From positions 1-63,571 of the IMG/VR virus record IMGVR_UViG_3300025009_000102: a stretch of DNA of 63,571 nucleotides. The stretch is one strand, 5' to 3'. The notes under the pieces are model-generated. The model worked only from the letters and a program-made list of their open reading frames with translations. It was not told the DNA's origin and did no database searches. The position numbers were made by a program, and so were the translations under genes. Positions 20,101 to 29,424 of this stretch are shown here, in pieces. Numbering within the stretch: position 1 is the stretch's first letter; every line of letters starts with the position of its first letter. The stretch comes from a virus. Lineage: Duplodnaviria; Caudoviricetes.

Positions 20101-23100
20101 TGTGGATCTTCGCCGAATTTAAGCAATCCCTCACCTCTGAGCATAGCCTCCATATGCTGCCACGGCGGGATGCTGCGACGCTCGGCCTGAGACAGTTTTT
20201 GCCTTGCCTGTACCAACCTGGCCGATACCTCCCCAGTGAGCAATCGGTAATCTCGAAACCCAGCGCCCACCGGATCGTCGGTTAGCTGGATATGCTCAAC
20301 AGCCAGCCTATCGCGAATCTGTCTCAGTGAAGAATACGTTGCCCTTTCTTCCTGTGACAGTTGCCCGAATTTTGACTTATTGGCTATCTCGGTCAGTGCG
20401 CCGTTTATCAGGACGATTCTCCTGATCAGCATCTCTGCCTTAATTTGGATCTTACCGTATTGCGTTTCGAAAGAACCGCCCCTCGCGAAGTTTTCTATAT
20501 CCTGAATGATATGCTGAACTTCGTGGATAACTGTTGACTGTATCTCGTCAGGTGACAGGGATTGATTGAGGAGAAGTATTCTCTTCTCGAAATCCCACGC
20601 CCCAAGCTGCCCAGGTTTCGCCTTTATCGGAGTCACCTTGACGGTTTTCAGTTGCGGATAGAGAGAGTAGATGGTTGGGTGCTTGTAGAGCTTCGAGATA
20701 CTGATCGCCTCGCCAGGTTCAAGCTTACCGTATTGATTGACATCAACCTTGCCCTCGGAGTCGTCTATCTCATACTGCCATTCGCCTGGGATCATCTCCC
20801 ACCAACCTGTTTTCCGCCATATCTCTGAGCGATCAATACCATCTTCCTTCATGGCCTTGGCCTCGACGAGGGTGCTTATGCGTTCGTTTTTTGGCACAAA
20901 ACCATTTTTAACTGCCACTATAAACTGGCCAGTCCTGCCAACGAATTCGTATTTCCCTGGATACTTCTCAGTTAAATATGCAATCCCTGCGTCTATATCC
21001 TCTTTCGTAGTAGAGGCGAGAGCGCTCTGACTACCAGCCATCTGGAACTTAACCAGATCATCTTCGCTGAAAAACGTCTCGGTGTTACCCCTGGCTTCCC
21101 TGCGAATAGCCAGGTCGGCGAGGGCCTTGAAATCCTGTTCGTTGAAGATCTTGTACGAAACACCGAACCTGGTAATGAAGTTCTTGATCATGGCGATGAT
21201 ACGGCGAACCAGGCCGATATCCTCGGAGGTGCTTACCATGTAGGCCAGTACTTCCTCAGAATAATTCTCTGGGGTGGTGTCTTCCGGGACTTGCGCCATT
21301 GCTCGACGGATAGCTTCGCCGGTCCTTGACTGCTCATCGGCTCTTCGCATGATGGTCTTTTTGATCATCTGGAATTCGGCGTTACCCTGCATCATCCTGC
21401 CGATATGAGTGCCGATGGCGTGACGGAGGGAACCCCATAACTCGCCATCGGGAATATTCTCTGGAACGAGGATGGTTTTTCCCGGAACCTCTATACCGAT
21501 AGGACGGTTACCCTCACCCATCTCGGCCAGGGAATAGCCCATTCCTTCAAGTTCTTTCATAGCCTCGTCGTTACTCATAAGCACCACCTTGCCACTGCTT
21601 ACCAGGCGTTTTGCTACACCGGCCTGGTCGCCATTGAGCGATCCGAGTAACCTACCGAAAGCCTCGGTTGGCGTCTGTGACACACCGCCGCGCTTAGTCT
21701 GTTGTAGTTTTATGCCGGGTTGTGCCTGTTCTGTCGCGACTCCCGCTTTAAGTGGCGCGAATACTGCAGCGATCACCTGGTTGTTCCTGGTACTCCAATA
21801 TCCAGTATATCCTGAATCCCTGATCAGCCTTTCATAGATGTTCATCTTATCGGCGAAAGGATTACCAGCCCTTTCCTGCGCGGCCTGCGCCATCAGTCCG
21901 TCCGGGTCAGCTTGAAAGTCGTAGAGATTTTCAGCCTTAACCGTAACGTCGTACCGGTACTGACCGAGGCCAACCTCCTTCACGTATCCGCCACCGACAA
22001 CCCCATAGTATGACCTGTCTACCCAGTTTTCCGGATCTCCAGCCTTCCTTCGCGCCTCAGCCCCAGCTATCCCTGTGCTATACTTGGCGGGGTCTATGGT
22101 CTTCAGCCCAGAAATCTTCGACCAGTGCGCGAGCGTAACGTTGCCGTTTTGGTCAACCGGCAGTGTCAATTGCGCCATCTGGAATTTTGGCTCACCTCTT
22201 GACACGATATCGCTAACTTCATCTGCGGACAGGAGGCGATTTACCTTCATCGCACCGCCTATAATCCAGGCACCACCCTGCATCTTATTAGTTTTGAATC
22301 GATAGAATCCACCAGATGGTATCCTCTCTCGAATATCGCGTGTAGAACTGGCGTCAGCTTCCCCCTGGTAGTTGCGATCAGCCGATATTTCCACCTCTGC
22401 CCATACCCTGTCGGCCTGCATCGTCCCATCTTTTTTCATTAAATGTGGCGCGGTCGGGAGAACCCCAGCATGCCAGCCTGGTCTGGTCGCATACCCTTTT
22501 GTCGGGATAAATTCAGCCTGTATCCACCTCCCTATCGGAGTGGGGGTATTCTTCCCGATAAATAAGGGGAATATCTGGCCTGGCGATTTACTGCTGGTCC
22601 TGAATAGTTTGTATGCAGTGATAGATTTTTTCGGTGTTGGTGCCGGTGAGAAGGACTCCTCGCTCGTCACTACGCCACCGCCAAATCCAATTGCATTATC
22701 GCTGTCGAGAGGAACCCTGCTGCCAATATCCTCGCCGGTAAATTTGGCTATGGCTTCGGCTTCTCGCTCTCGCTGGGTAAGCTGTTTTCCGGAATATCGT
22801 TCGAGGACTTTCTCAAAATCTGCCCGCCGATCACGAATCCACGATTGTAGATCGGGTTGTCCTGCGAGGCTTCTGTGATTAATAACCGCCTGCCCTTCCG
22901 GGTCTTCGTTCCAGTTGTGGTCGTATCCATATTCCCCCTGTGCCCAAATAGAATTGGCATCCTTTATTGCAAGTGAATCTAAGTTGTTATCTATAAACGA
23001 TTGGACATTACCCAAGAAGATCGAGTCTTCTATATAGGGAATTCTCGTTTCGTCGTTTCGGAAATTGATAATTGTTATCTCGTTTTCGCCGGTCCTGGTA

Positions 23101-26100
23101 TACCCAGCTCCATCACCAACGAACATACTAAGCCTTTGGAGGATCTTCTCATTATCAGCCGGGGTGATCGGCTTATCGAATGCAACCACAACTCCACGTG
23201 CGTTAGGTCCGCCGCGCACTACCGTACCGGGGTTTTTCGCTGAATGCTCCATGGCGTCGTTCAGGTTCTCAAACTTACCATTCTTGATAACCTTGCCTGA
23301 CGACTCATTCACAACCCGGAACATCTGCTCTTCAACTGCAGCCTTCGACGACATGGCGAATTGGTTCGCCCTGAACCACGGCACCGCATCTTGTTTGAAG
23401 ATATACTGGACAGCTCTTGCGTACATCGACACGTTACTAACCGGGATTTCCCTATTCACCCTGGCCGGGATCAGGTGGCTAATGTTGTTAGGGTTAACAC
23501 CACCGGCATACGCCCCCTCCCCTGGGGTAACGTATGCGATATGGACACCAACCTTATGGGCGAGGGTGTCGGCGTCGTCCTGAACGATAATCCTCCTTGC
23601 CTCGTCGGTGAACATGCGCTTGACCATCGGCGATGCACCAAGGATCTCATGAGAAAGTTTCGTGCTTGGTACTGCCTCCCAGGTAATAACCTGGATATTC
23701 TTTTGAATAAAGTGACTGAAGTCTGCAGCTGACTTGTTGGCGTTCTCTGTCGCTTTCTCGCTCGAAAGATTAAGGGCGTTCTTTCTCCAGATATCCCTAT
23801 GCTTGGCCAGACCTTCTTTCTCAGTTGGGAGAACAAACCTACCCTTATCGTCAACCGATGCAAGCCCAGCGCCTATCGACTCCGCCCACGTATCCGCCTT
23901 CACCTGTGGGTCTTCATACCGGGCCTTCATGGCGCTCCATATTGCCGCCTGCACCTGGAACGGGGTCCAGTCAGTTCCATCCTTTTCATTCATCCTGTCG
24001 GCGAGCCTGACTATTTCTTTTTCTGAAAAAGAATATTTTCCAGTTCCTTTATCGTTCGATGCGACATTCAGATCATACCCGAATGCCCGGAGCATCCATA
24101 GGTCAATGGTTGCCTTCCTACCCATCTCTCGAAGGATGTTGCGGTCCAGTGTCATCTTTGCCACGGAGCCAGGTTTCGACACAATTATTTCGTGTAGCAA
24201 GTTGAGGTAGAACGAGTTGGTCTTCCTCCCCTCGTAAGGGAACGGCTTGTTGTCGTACAGGGCACCAATAGCTTTTTTATCCTGCTCTGCGGTCTTGACC
24301 TTGAAGTCCTCCCTGGGAGTGCCAGAGGTGTACTGAATCCAGGCGCTTATTGCAAACGTCGTATTGGTGTCAACCCTTGCCTGCGGTGAGTATATGGCGA
24401 TCAGCTGAATGAACTTCTCGGCCTTGGCTACGTCTCCCTGCATCAGCTCCATAATTGCGTCTGCAGACTTCTCGTACCAGTACCGACCAACCTTTCCCTC
24501 ATCGACCAGGGAAGCAACGGTATCGCGCATCTTAACCAGATCTTCCGGGGTTTTCACCCAGCTCGGGGCACCCTTGTATTGCCCACCGGCAGTCGTTTCC
24601 GGCTCCCAGTCTTTGTAGTTATCGAGTGTGTCGTCGGCGAAAAGCGGATGTTTCGTGAGGATATCGTAGCCCTCCTTGAGGAGTGGCCTGACCTTCTCAC
24701 CAAACTCCTTGACCATCTCGACGGACCATGTGGCGATATCGCGAACACCCCGCTCAAAGTACGCCCCACCGACAACGATCAGGTCGGACAGTGCTTCTGG
24801 GTCAACACCGGAGTTCAATTGGCCACGTTTCCCTTTCATCCTGGCGCGGGCCTTGTCAACCTTGGCTTTGGTGAATATCTTGTTCCCGCTGAATTCTTCC
24901 TCGTTATTGTTGTTGACTTTCTCTTCTCGGTTTATTAAAGTACTTACTGAAAGAGAACCCTTTTCAGAGGAGGTTGATATGGAAGTGTTTTTAGAATCCG
25001 GTAATGATACGTTTGTTCTGGATACGAAATCAAAGAGAGTTTTTTTGGTGGACGGTGACAGTCGATCTGAGGTCACAGATCCGGCAACTAAGCTTAAAAT
25101 CTTGGCAGAGTCGTTCGCAAGGTCGGAAAGTCCAGACCGGAAGTCGTCGACCGACTGATCACTTTTTCCCCTCGCCAACGAGGCGGCGGCAGCATAGCCA
25201 CGGTCCATGAGATTATTCAGCATGTCGAGCGTGGCTGTCTTTGTTTCTTCGTCAAAATTGTCGTGAGTCAAATGGCCAATGACTTTGTAGAGGCTATGGA
25301 GTTTCTTCTTAGCCTCAATCATTGGTTCGGTATTGAGCTGAAGCTCATAGATATGCCCGTTTTCTGCCCTCATAGTGAGCTGCATATCCTGGTAACCGCC
25401 GATACTTTCCTGGTCATACCTGTTGTTCCATGACAGGACATCGTCCTGCTTCTGGATCTTACTGAAAGCCTCCTTCATGGACTTGTAATCCGGGTACACC
25501 ACGGTTGTAGCAACGATATCGTCGACCATGGAAACATTTCCGCCGTATTTGTTCTTCAGCTTTAACTCGGCGGTTTCCCTCTTTTTCAATCCGTCGGCAA
25601 AAGGACGAAGCTTCACCTTGCCATTGGTTTCATTGGCGAGTTGAGTCACCCTTTCATTAATTCCACCGACCGCCTCCCGCGCATTCTGATACAGGGTATC
25701 CATGTTTTTACTGACAGACTTACTCTGGCGGATCTTCGAAACCGCCTCCACCTCTGCGTGTTTTGCCCCACGGGATGATAATTCTCTGAGGGTGGTATTT
25801 CCATCAATAACCTTCATGGTTCCGTCGTCCCTGACAACAACTTTAAGCGGGCTTCTCTTTGGACCAGCACCCTCTTTCGCCGCATCCATGCGGGTTTGAG
25901 CTGAACTTAGTTTCTCCTGACTTATCTCTTTGTTGATAGGGATAAGCTTCGAAATCTCTACGGTTTGACTATTGGGGTTTTTCTCAAAGTAGTCACTGGA
26001 GGAGCTATCCTCCCGACTCTTCAGTTTAACCTCAGTATCGTTCTCTGGCATTTGCTCCAGTATCGACGCAGACTCCTGGGCGGATCTCCATGGTCGTGAG

Positions 26101-27695
26101 TCAGTTAATAGCGAGGCGAGGTTGTCGCCTATATGCCGAACCGGTTCGTTATTCTCTGGGGTAGACTCATCGACTGGCCTAGGGGCATCCTGGGAGAATG
26201 CGAATTCGAGGTCTTCCTGGCGAGTCTTCCTGGCTATTTCCGCCTGGTTGCTCGCCTCGATATCCCTCTCGATATCAGTGAGTCCCGCTTCCTGGAACAC
26301 CTTGGCGGAGTCGTATGCTGTCCCGCCAGGCGGATCTCCCCCAGGGCCTTCTGGGGTGGCATCGGGCTTACGCACTGCTGACTTGAATTTGGCGATAGCG
26401 TCGTCCAGGCTCTCTGATTCGAGTATTCCTGCGGACGGAGGGGCCGATTCCCCCGGCGGAGGGGTAGGAGGTTGAACCACTTGCGCACCAGGCTGTACCT
26501 GGATTGGAGTCTTGAACGCCTGCGCTGCAGCTGGCAGTTCCGTGACCAGACCACCGGCACCACCAAGAGTTTCCATAGCAACTTCACCGAGTTGAAAGTC
26601 ACCCTTGGCAACCTGTCCAGCCGCTTCAGATGCTGGCTCTTCCAACAATTGCGTTCCGGCGCTCGCGGCGACAGCGCCAAGCTTACTCGGTATTGACCGG
26701 GCCTTGAGCATTTGTTTTGCAAGATCCCGCACTGCTTCTTTGGTTGCACCGGCACCAAGCTGTTGAGTCGCTTCTGAGATCGCCTTGTTGTACGGCTTGG
26801 CAAGAAGTCGTCCTGCAGCAAGGTTCATCGCCGTCGAAACTGCTGCTGTGGCAGTGGCTTTACTCCTCGCTTTCGATATGGTTTCTTCAATGAATTCATC
26901 ATCGGCCAGGAGAGAGATGACGTTATCCTCCGTAGGCTCAAGCTGTCGCTTATTCAACTCTGCAGCGATCATCCCTTTGAATTCAGATCCAGCCTCAATA
27001 CCCCACTGTCCGAGGAAGCTACCAACTGCAGCACCAGCCTTCTTACCAGCACCACCGAGTCCAAATGGCGTTCCGGCAACAGCGCCAACTGCGCTACCAG
27101 CGACCGTACCGGCCACACCAGGAATCATGTTTGCGGCCTGCTCTGCAGTAAGGTATGCAACACCCTTCGGGTTACCAAATGTTTGACCGGCAACAAACTT
27201 CACTGTATCCCACAGCGCTTTGCTCTTACCGGTAAGACCTTCGGCTTTCTCCCAGCTCTTGGTCAGCTCGCCCGCCTCAACCTGTGCTTCCTCAAGTTCC
27301 GGCGGGGTGTAGTCCTTCGACTCCTCCCTGATCCCCTTGGCGAGAATGGCGGCAGTGTTTGCGTCGATCTCCCCAGTGGCAACGTCGTCCATAAGCCTTT
27401 CGGCATCGGCGAGGTTGCGGCCACCCTTCTTGACCAGCTCCCACATATTCTCAAGAAAACCACGGCTCTCCCCCTCGATCTGGGTTTCAATCATCTCGCG
27501 GGTGCTTTGGCCGAACATGCTGTCAAAGTTCTGCTGCAGGGAGAGTTTTTCTTCCTCCTCAGCCTGGGAGTAGGAAGGGTCGCGGACTACCTCTCTCCAG
27601 AAATCGTTGGCGTACTCGGCGAGAACCAGGTTGCGCTGTTCCTCGTTTGCGGACTGGAATTCGGGGAGGGCGATTACATCTTGAAGTGGTATCAT
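17142..27695 (-). CDS. Giant polyvalent (ejected virion) protein: ParB-like, RelA/SpoT-like, helical DUF7178-like, ART-like, LPD23+zincin, LPD38-like domains
   Basis: 3517-aa ORF; VIDGNTT; LKK...DIV...GYQD...ELQLNT...H.LY; IWRKTGW..W.YEIDDS; HEVQH; C-terminal LPD38-like region. Confidence 0.9.
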   Translation of the reverse strand: MIPLQDVIALPEFQSANEEQRNLVLAEYANDFWREVVRDPSYSQAEEEEKLSLQQNFDSMFGQSTREMIETQIEGESRGFLENMWELVKKGGRNLADAERLMDDVATGEIDANTAAILAKGIREESKDYTPPELEEAQVEAGELTKSWEKAEGLTGKSKALWDTVKFVAGQTFGNPKGVAYLTAEQAANMIPGVAGTVAGSAVGAVAGTPFGLGGAGKKAGAAVGSFLGQWGIEAGSEFKGMIAAELNKRQLEPTEDNVISLLADDEFIEETISKARSKATATAAVSTAMNLAAGRLLAKPYNKAISEATQQLGAGATKEAVRDLAKQMLKARSIPSKLGAVAASAGTQLLEEPASEAAGQVAKGDFQLGEVAMETLGGAGGLVTELPAAAQAFKTPIQVQPGAQVVQPPTPPPGESAPPSAGILESESLDDAIAKFKSAVRKPDATPEGPGGDPPGGTAYDSAKVFQEAGLTDIERDIEASNQAEIARKTRQEDLEFAFSQDAPRPVDESTPENNEPVRHIGDNLASLLTDSRPWRSAQESASILEQMPENDTEVKLKSREDSSSSDYFEKNPNSQTVEISKLIPINKEISQEKLSSAQTRMDAAKEGAGPKRSPLKVVVRDDGTMKVIDGNTTLRELSSRGAKHAEVEAVSKIRQSKSVSKNMDTLYQNAREAVGGINERVTQLANETNGKVKLRPFADGLKKRETAELKLKNKYGGNVSMVDDIVATTVVYPDYKSMKEAFSKIQKQDDVLSWNNRYDQESIGGYQDMQLTMRAENGHIYELQLNTEPMIEAKKKLHSLYKVIGHLTHDNFDEETKTATLDMLNNLMDRGYAAAASLARGKSDQSVDDFRSGLSDLANDSAKILSLVAGSVTSDRLSPSTKKTLFDFVSRTNVSLPDSKNTSISTSSEKGSLSVSTLINREEKVNNNNEEEFSGNKIFTKAKVDKARARMKGKRGQLNSGVDPEALSDLIVVGGAYFERGVRDIATWSVEMVKEFGEKVRPLLKEGYDILTKHPLFADDTLDNYKDWEPETTAGGQYKGAPSWVKTPEDLVKMRDTVASLVDEGKVGRYWYEKSADAIMELMQGDVAKAEKFIQLIAIYSPQARVDTNTTFAISAWIQYTSGTPREDFKVKTAEQDKKAIGALYDNKPFPYEGRKTNSFYLNLLHEIIVSKPGSVAKMTLDRNILREMGRKATIDLWMLRAFGYDLNVASNDKGTGKYSFSEKEIVRLADRMNEKDGTDWTPFQVQAAIWSAMKARYEDPQVKADTWAESIGAGLASVDDKGRFVLPTEKEGLAKHRDIWRKNALNLSSEKATENANKSAADFSHFIQKNIQVITWEAVPSTKLSHEILGASPMVKRMFTDEARRIIVQDDADTLAHKVGVHIAYVTPGEGAYAGGVNPNNISHLIPARVNREIPVSNVSMYARAVQYIFKQDAVPWFRANQFAMSSKAAVEEQMFRVVNESSGKVIKNGKFENLNDAMEHSAKNPGTVVRGGPNARGVVVAFDKPITPADNEKILQRLSMFVGDGAGYTRTGENEITIINFRNDETRIPYIEDSIFLGNVQSFIDNNLDSLAIKDANSIWAQGEYGYDHNWNEDPEGQAVINHRSLAGQPDLQSWIRDRRADFEKVLERYSGKQLTQREREAEAIAKFTGEDIGSRVPLDSDNAIGFGGGVVTSEESFSPAPTPKKSITAYKLFRTSSKSPGQIFPLFIGKNTPTPIGRWIQAEFIPTKGYATRPGWHAGVLPTAPHLMKKDGTMQADRVWAEVEISADRNYQGEADASSTRDIRERIPSGGFYRFKTNKMQGGAWIIGGAMKVNRLLSADEVSDIVSRGEPKFQMAQLTLPVDQNGNVTLAHWSKISGLKTIDPAKYSTGIAGAEARRKAGDPENWVDRSYYGVVGGGYVKEVGLGQYRYDVTVKAENLYDFQADPDGLMAQAAQERAGNPFADKMNIYERLIRDSGYTGYWSTRNNQVIAAVFAPLKAGVATEQAQPGIKLQQTKRGGVSQTPTEAFGRLLGSLNGDQAGVAKRLVSSGKVVLMSNDEAMKELEGMGYSLAEMGEGNRPIGIEVPGKTILVPENIPDGELWGSLRHAIGTHIGRMMQGNAEFQMIKKTIMRRADEQSRTGEAIRRAMAQVPEDTTPENYSEEVLAYMVSTSEDIGLVRRIIAMIKNFITRFGVSYKIFNEQDFKALADLAIRREARGNTETFFSEDDLVKFQMAGSQSALASTTKEDIDAGIAYLTEKYPGKYEFVGRTGQFIVAVKNGFVPKNERISTLVEAKAMKEDGIDRSEIWRKTGWWEMIPGEWQYEIDDSEGKVDVNQYGKLEPGEAISISKLYKHPTIYSLYPQLKTVKVTPIKAKPGQLGAWDFEKRILLLNQSLSPDEIQSTVIHEVQHIIQDIENFARGGSFETQYGKIQIKAEMLIRRIVLINGALTEIANKSKFGQLSQEERATYSSLRQIRDRLAVEHIQLTDDPVGAGFRDYRLLTGEVSARLVQARQKLSQAERRSIPPWQHMEAMLRGEGLLKFGEDPQDVLLTKYDPSIPGSIIHAPSQPQSISFLDRIKGQFDFQGWFDEFATWLYNQDKAIERVQQGIGPQPTSRDYSTIRGLVGKRLAAEVKRFDIDVYQPLIQFIVDSKLKLEDVQEFLHAEHAPERNLQMRRANARGYIDALMAQMTDKEREQWQGELGDIQDDFVMNSRALDEKRDNLVSMLERMGGVIAGQRAQIDQIAADLQARQWTPAEIAKGTDVYWQKRLDNMYYRLGKRESIVNEWDSRKGKLSGMTDAEAKKVVKQWAGHTAMNEAARKIRAINEEALRIAYSSGDLTDEEYTNISSRYKYHVPLFREEVDEGKAPTGRSGRGPLGKPPQAQVAAGSTKAVVNILAHIVDRYQASLSRRLKLEAERALYDMVTANPNEELWSIAQMAKAPYHDHEGNIRFYPDQQIDLRYQTYVKVDGVKHIIEVAKDNPQAVRFMEALNRQTTDPGPVLKASRVITRILARLNTSLTPEFALPNFTRDLQTAFVNMSGTEASGLQMKVFGNIRHAIAGIYREERGKPSGQWGAIYKDAAAHGVVMGWAQSYEDVKQLAEQIEYDIATKEGGHKVRENFKRLGNFIESVNLSVENGVRVATYKALVDRGTDKLQAGRIASNLTIDFTKHGTAGPTINAAWMFANAGIQGNIRMMQAVSSSAKVQKIVTGIVGLGIAVNLLGAAAGGDDEDGESRYDKLKRTNPGLFERNMIFFVPGGDGLHVRFPMAYGYNIFFKFGDEIATILRGGNPVEAGLRWGTTVMNNLNPLAAGTLLQTVMPTVLDPMAQIIENKAWHGGNLMPPLNPWMNQPDSERYYKDVNPVSREVTKWLNEMTGGSKFREGMISVSPESIEMVLETIAGGAGRVVKDTLNLPFAIAEGDVSIKNVPIIRRFAGVMPESIDRRVYSENRDEMKTFVLELKNATREERPSLVREPVYKLVGKFQDTEKRLDELHKMKKQIEANGKDAGKIDERINAIQVEFNKRYNQITGRD
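24913..24941 (+). promoter_or_regulatory. Antisense sigma70 promoter inside the giant gene
   Basis: TTGACT-17 bp-TAAAGT, about 40 bp upstream of SD AGGAGGT. Confidence 0.6.
24979..25158 (+). CDS. Nested antisense 59-aa gene (candidate immunity protein for the RelA/SpoT domain)
   Basis: SD AGGAGGT 24968-24974, ATG 24979, own promoter; MEVFLESGNDTFVLDTKSKRVFLVDGDSRSEV... Confidence 0.6.
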   Translation: MEVFLESGNDTFVLDTKSKRVFLVDGDSRSEVTDPATKLKILAESFARSESPDRKSSTD

Positions 27696-28771
27696 TTGAC
27701 CAGTTGACCTTTCTGTGCTATAAGTTGGTTGACATACTGGATAATCTTCTGACCTTCCGGGGTTTGAGCTTCATCGGAGTTCATGAACCCTTGCCTGAAT
27801 GCTTGAAGCTGCGGCATAGTCATTTTGTCGAGTTCCGCCATTTGCTCCGGAGGTAATCCGCCTGGACCAGATTGTTGGCCACCGACCAGGCCAGCCTGTG
27901 GGGCCACGCTTGTGGGGGCTATACCGCCCTGCTGTTGCGCCGGTTGAGCTGCGCCACCAAGTAGGCCAGCCGCCGGTTGCGGTTCTCCCTGCGCCGGTTG
28001 ATCGGTAGGGGCTATCCCTATAGATCCGTCTTGGCCAGCGACCTTGAGCATTGATGCGTATTTCGAAAGGCCTGGCTTTTGTTCGCCGACCATATCGCCT
28101 TCGCCTTCAACGAATTCGTATTCCTCTGGAGTGTCCCTCCCAAGGAACCCCTTCTTCGCTGGTGTCTTGAGTTTCTTGGAGAGCTTCGGGTAGCCGAGTT
28201 GATCTCTCAATCTATTAACCTGATTGATATTCGTTTCGTCTATCCCAGCGTCTTCAAGTTTCGCCAGCTGGTCCTCAAGCTTTGCCTGCTGGTATTCGGA
28301 GAGCGACGACGCCTTACTGGTAACACCGCGCACTGCAGCCTTCTGCGCCTTTTTCTCTGCAGGGGTGAGATCAGGATCTTTCTCGATATCCTCAATAAGC
28401 TTTTGCTTATCGGTCGGGAGTTTATTCTTTGCGGTTTCCAACTGGAGGAGGCCCTGCCGGTCATACGCTGACTTGCGCTTATCTGCAGCTTCCTTACGCT
28501 TTTCTTCTTTCTGCTTGTACTCGTCGTCAACCGCCCGCTTCGATGCATCCCGCACGGCATCACGCCCTTCCTTCTCGACAGCGAATTCCTGTTCCTTATT
28601 CATCCGCCACTCTGCGAGCGCTTTCTCCCTGGCGAAACGAGCATCTTCCCGCCTCTGCTCCTGGGCGGCAAGCACCTTCTTGTCCTCAAGATCCTGCTGA
28701 CGCTTGATGTAGGTGTTTCCGATATTTGCCGCTTCGCCCAAAAGACCGGCCCATGCAAGCTTACTGGCCAT
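27692..28771 (-). CDS. Putative DNA ejection/internal virion protein
   Basis: Start MASKLAWAG at a TAATATG junction; coiled-coil and Q/P/G-rich; position before the giant gene. Confidence 0.7.
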   Translation of the reverse strand: MASKLAWAGLLGEAANIGNTYIKRQQDLEDKKVLAAQEQRREDARFAREKALAEWRMNKEQEFAVEKEGRDAVRDASKRAVDDEYKQKEEKRKEAADKRKSAYDRQGLLQLETAKNKLPTDKQKLIEDIEKDPDLTPAEKKAQKAAVRGVTSKASSLSEYQQAKLEDQLAKLEDAGIDETNINQVNRLRDQLGYPKLSKKLKTPAKKGFLGRDTPEEYEFVEGEGDMVGEQKPGLSKYASMLKVAGQDGSIGIAPTDQPAQGEPQPAAGLLGGAAQPAQQQGGIAPTSVAPQAGLVGGQQSGPGGLPPEQMAELDKMTMPQLQAFRQGFMNSDEAQTPEGQKIIQYVNQLIAQKGQLVK

Positions 28772-28772
28772 A

Positions 28773-29423
28773 TTATCTGCCCCCCTGCGCCACCAAACCT
28801 GGAGGCGGTGCCTGACCACCAGAAGGTGGTGCTGGTTGCGGTGCCTGACCACCGGTTACGAGTCCACCTTGCGGAGCCTCACTGAGCGACCTTCCACCGA
28901 TTGCACCGGATGGCGGCGGGGTCTTCGACACTCCACTGCTGTTAACCATACTGAGTCCGTATTGACGCTGTTCCGGGGTAAGTAGTGGTTCAATCTCTTT
29001 CTGCAATGCTACCGGATCGATAGTGCCGTTCTTCAGCCCTTCCTCGAAATATAGCTGGATGGTGTATTGTAGGGCGTCCATCCTTTCGGCATTGCTCATC
29101 TCGAATAGGCCAGCCGTTTCCCCAAGGTTGATCAGCTCACTGACAACGTGAGTCCCACCGAGGAATATCGTCTGGTCGGTCATCTGTTCACCGGTCTTGG
29201 CCAGGCCGTCGGCGAGTAGCCTATGGACATGGTTTGCGGTCAATGCCACACTTTCTATCGGGTGAGATCCGGATTGCAGTTCCTGGAGGATCGACTCCTG
29301 GGTCTTCTCGCCATAGATGATCAGGGTCGCATTGTCGGTATATGCATCGAGCTGCGCCAGCTGCTCCGGGGAAAGTTGACCCTCTGGTACATTCATAACA
29401 GGTTTGTCTTTTTCTTTTTTCAT
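28773..29423 (-). CDS. Virion-module hypothetical protein
   Basis: Tight operon packing. Confidence 0.75.
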   Translation of the reverse strand: MKKEKDKPVMNVPEGQLSPEQLAQLDAYTDNATLIIYGEKTQESILQELQSGSHPIESVALTANHVHRLLADGLAKTGEQMTDQTIFLGGTHVVSELINLGETAGLFEMSNAERMDALQYTIQLYFEEGLKNGTIDPVALQKEIEPLLTPEQRQYGLSMVNSSGVSKTPPPSGAIGGRSLSEAPQGGLVTGGQAPQPAPPSGGQAPPPGLVAQGGR

Positions 29424-29424
29424 A

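Noticed and set aside
17160-27856. Other + strand ORFs inside the giant gene (and similar shadows over MCP, portal and helicase)
   Set aside because: Unlike 24979-25158 they lack an evident SD/promoter and overlap well-conserved sense-strand domains.
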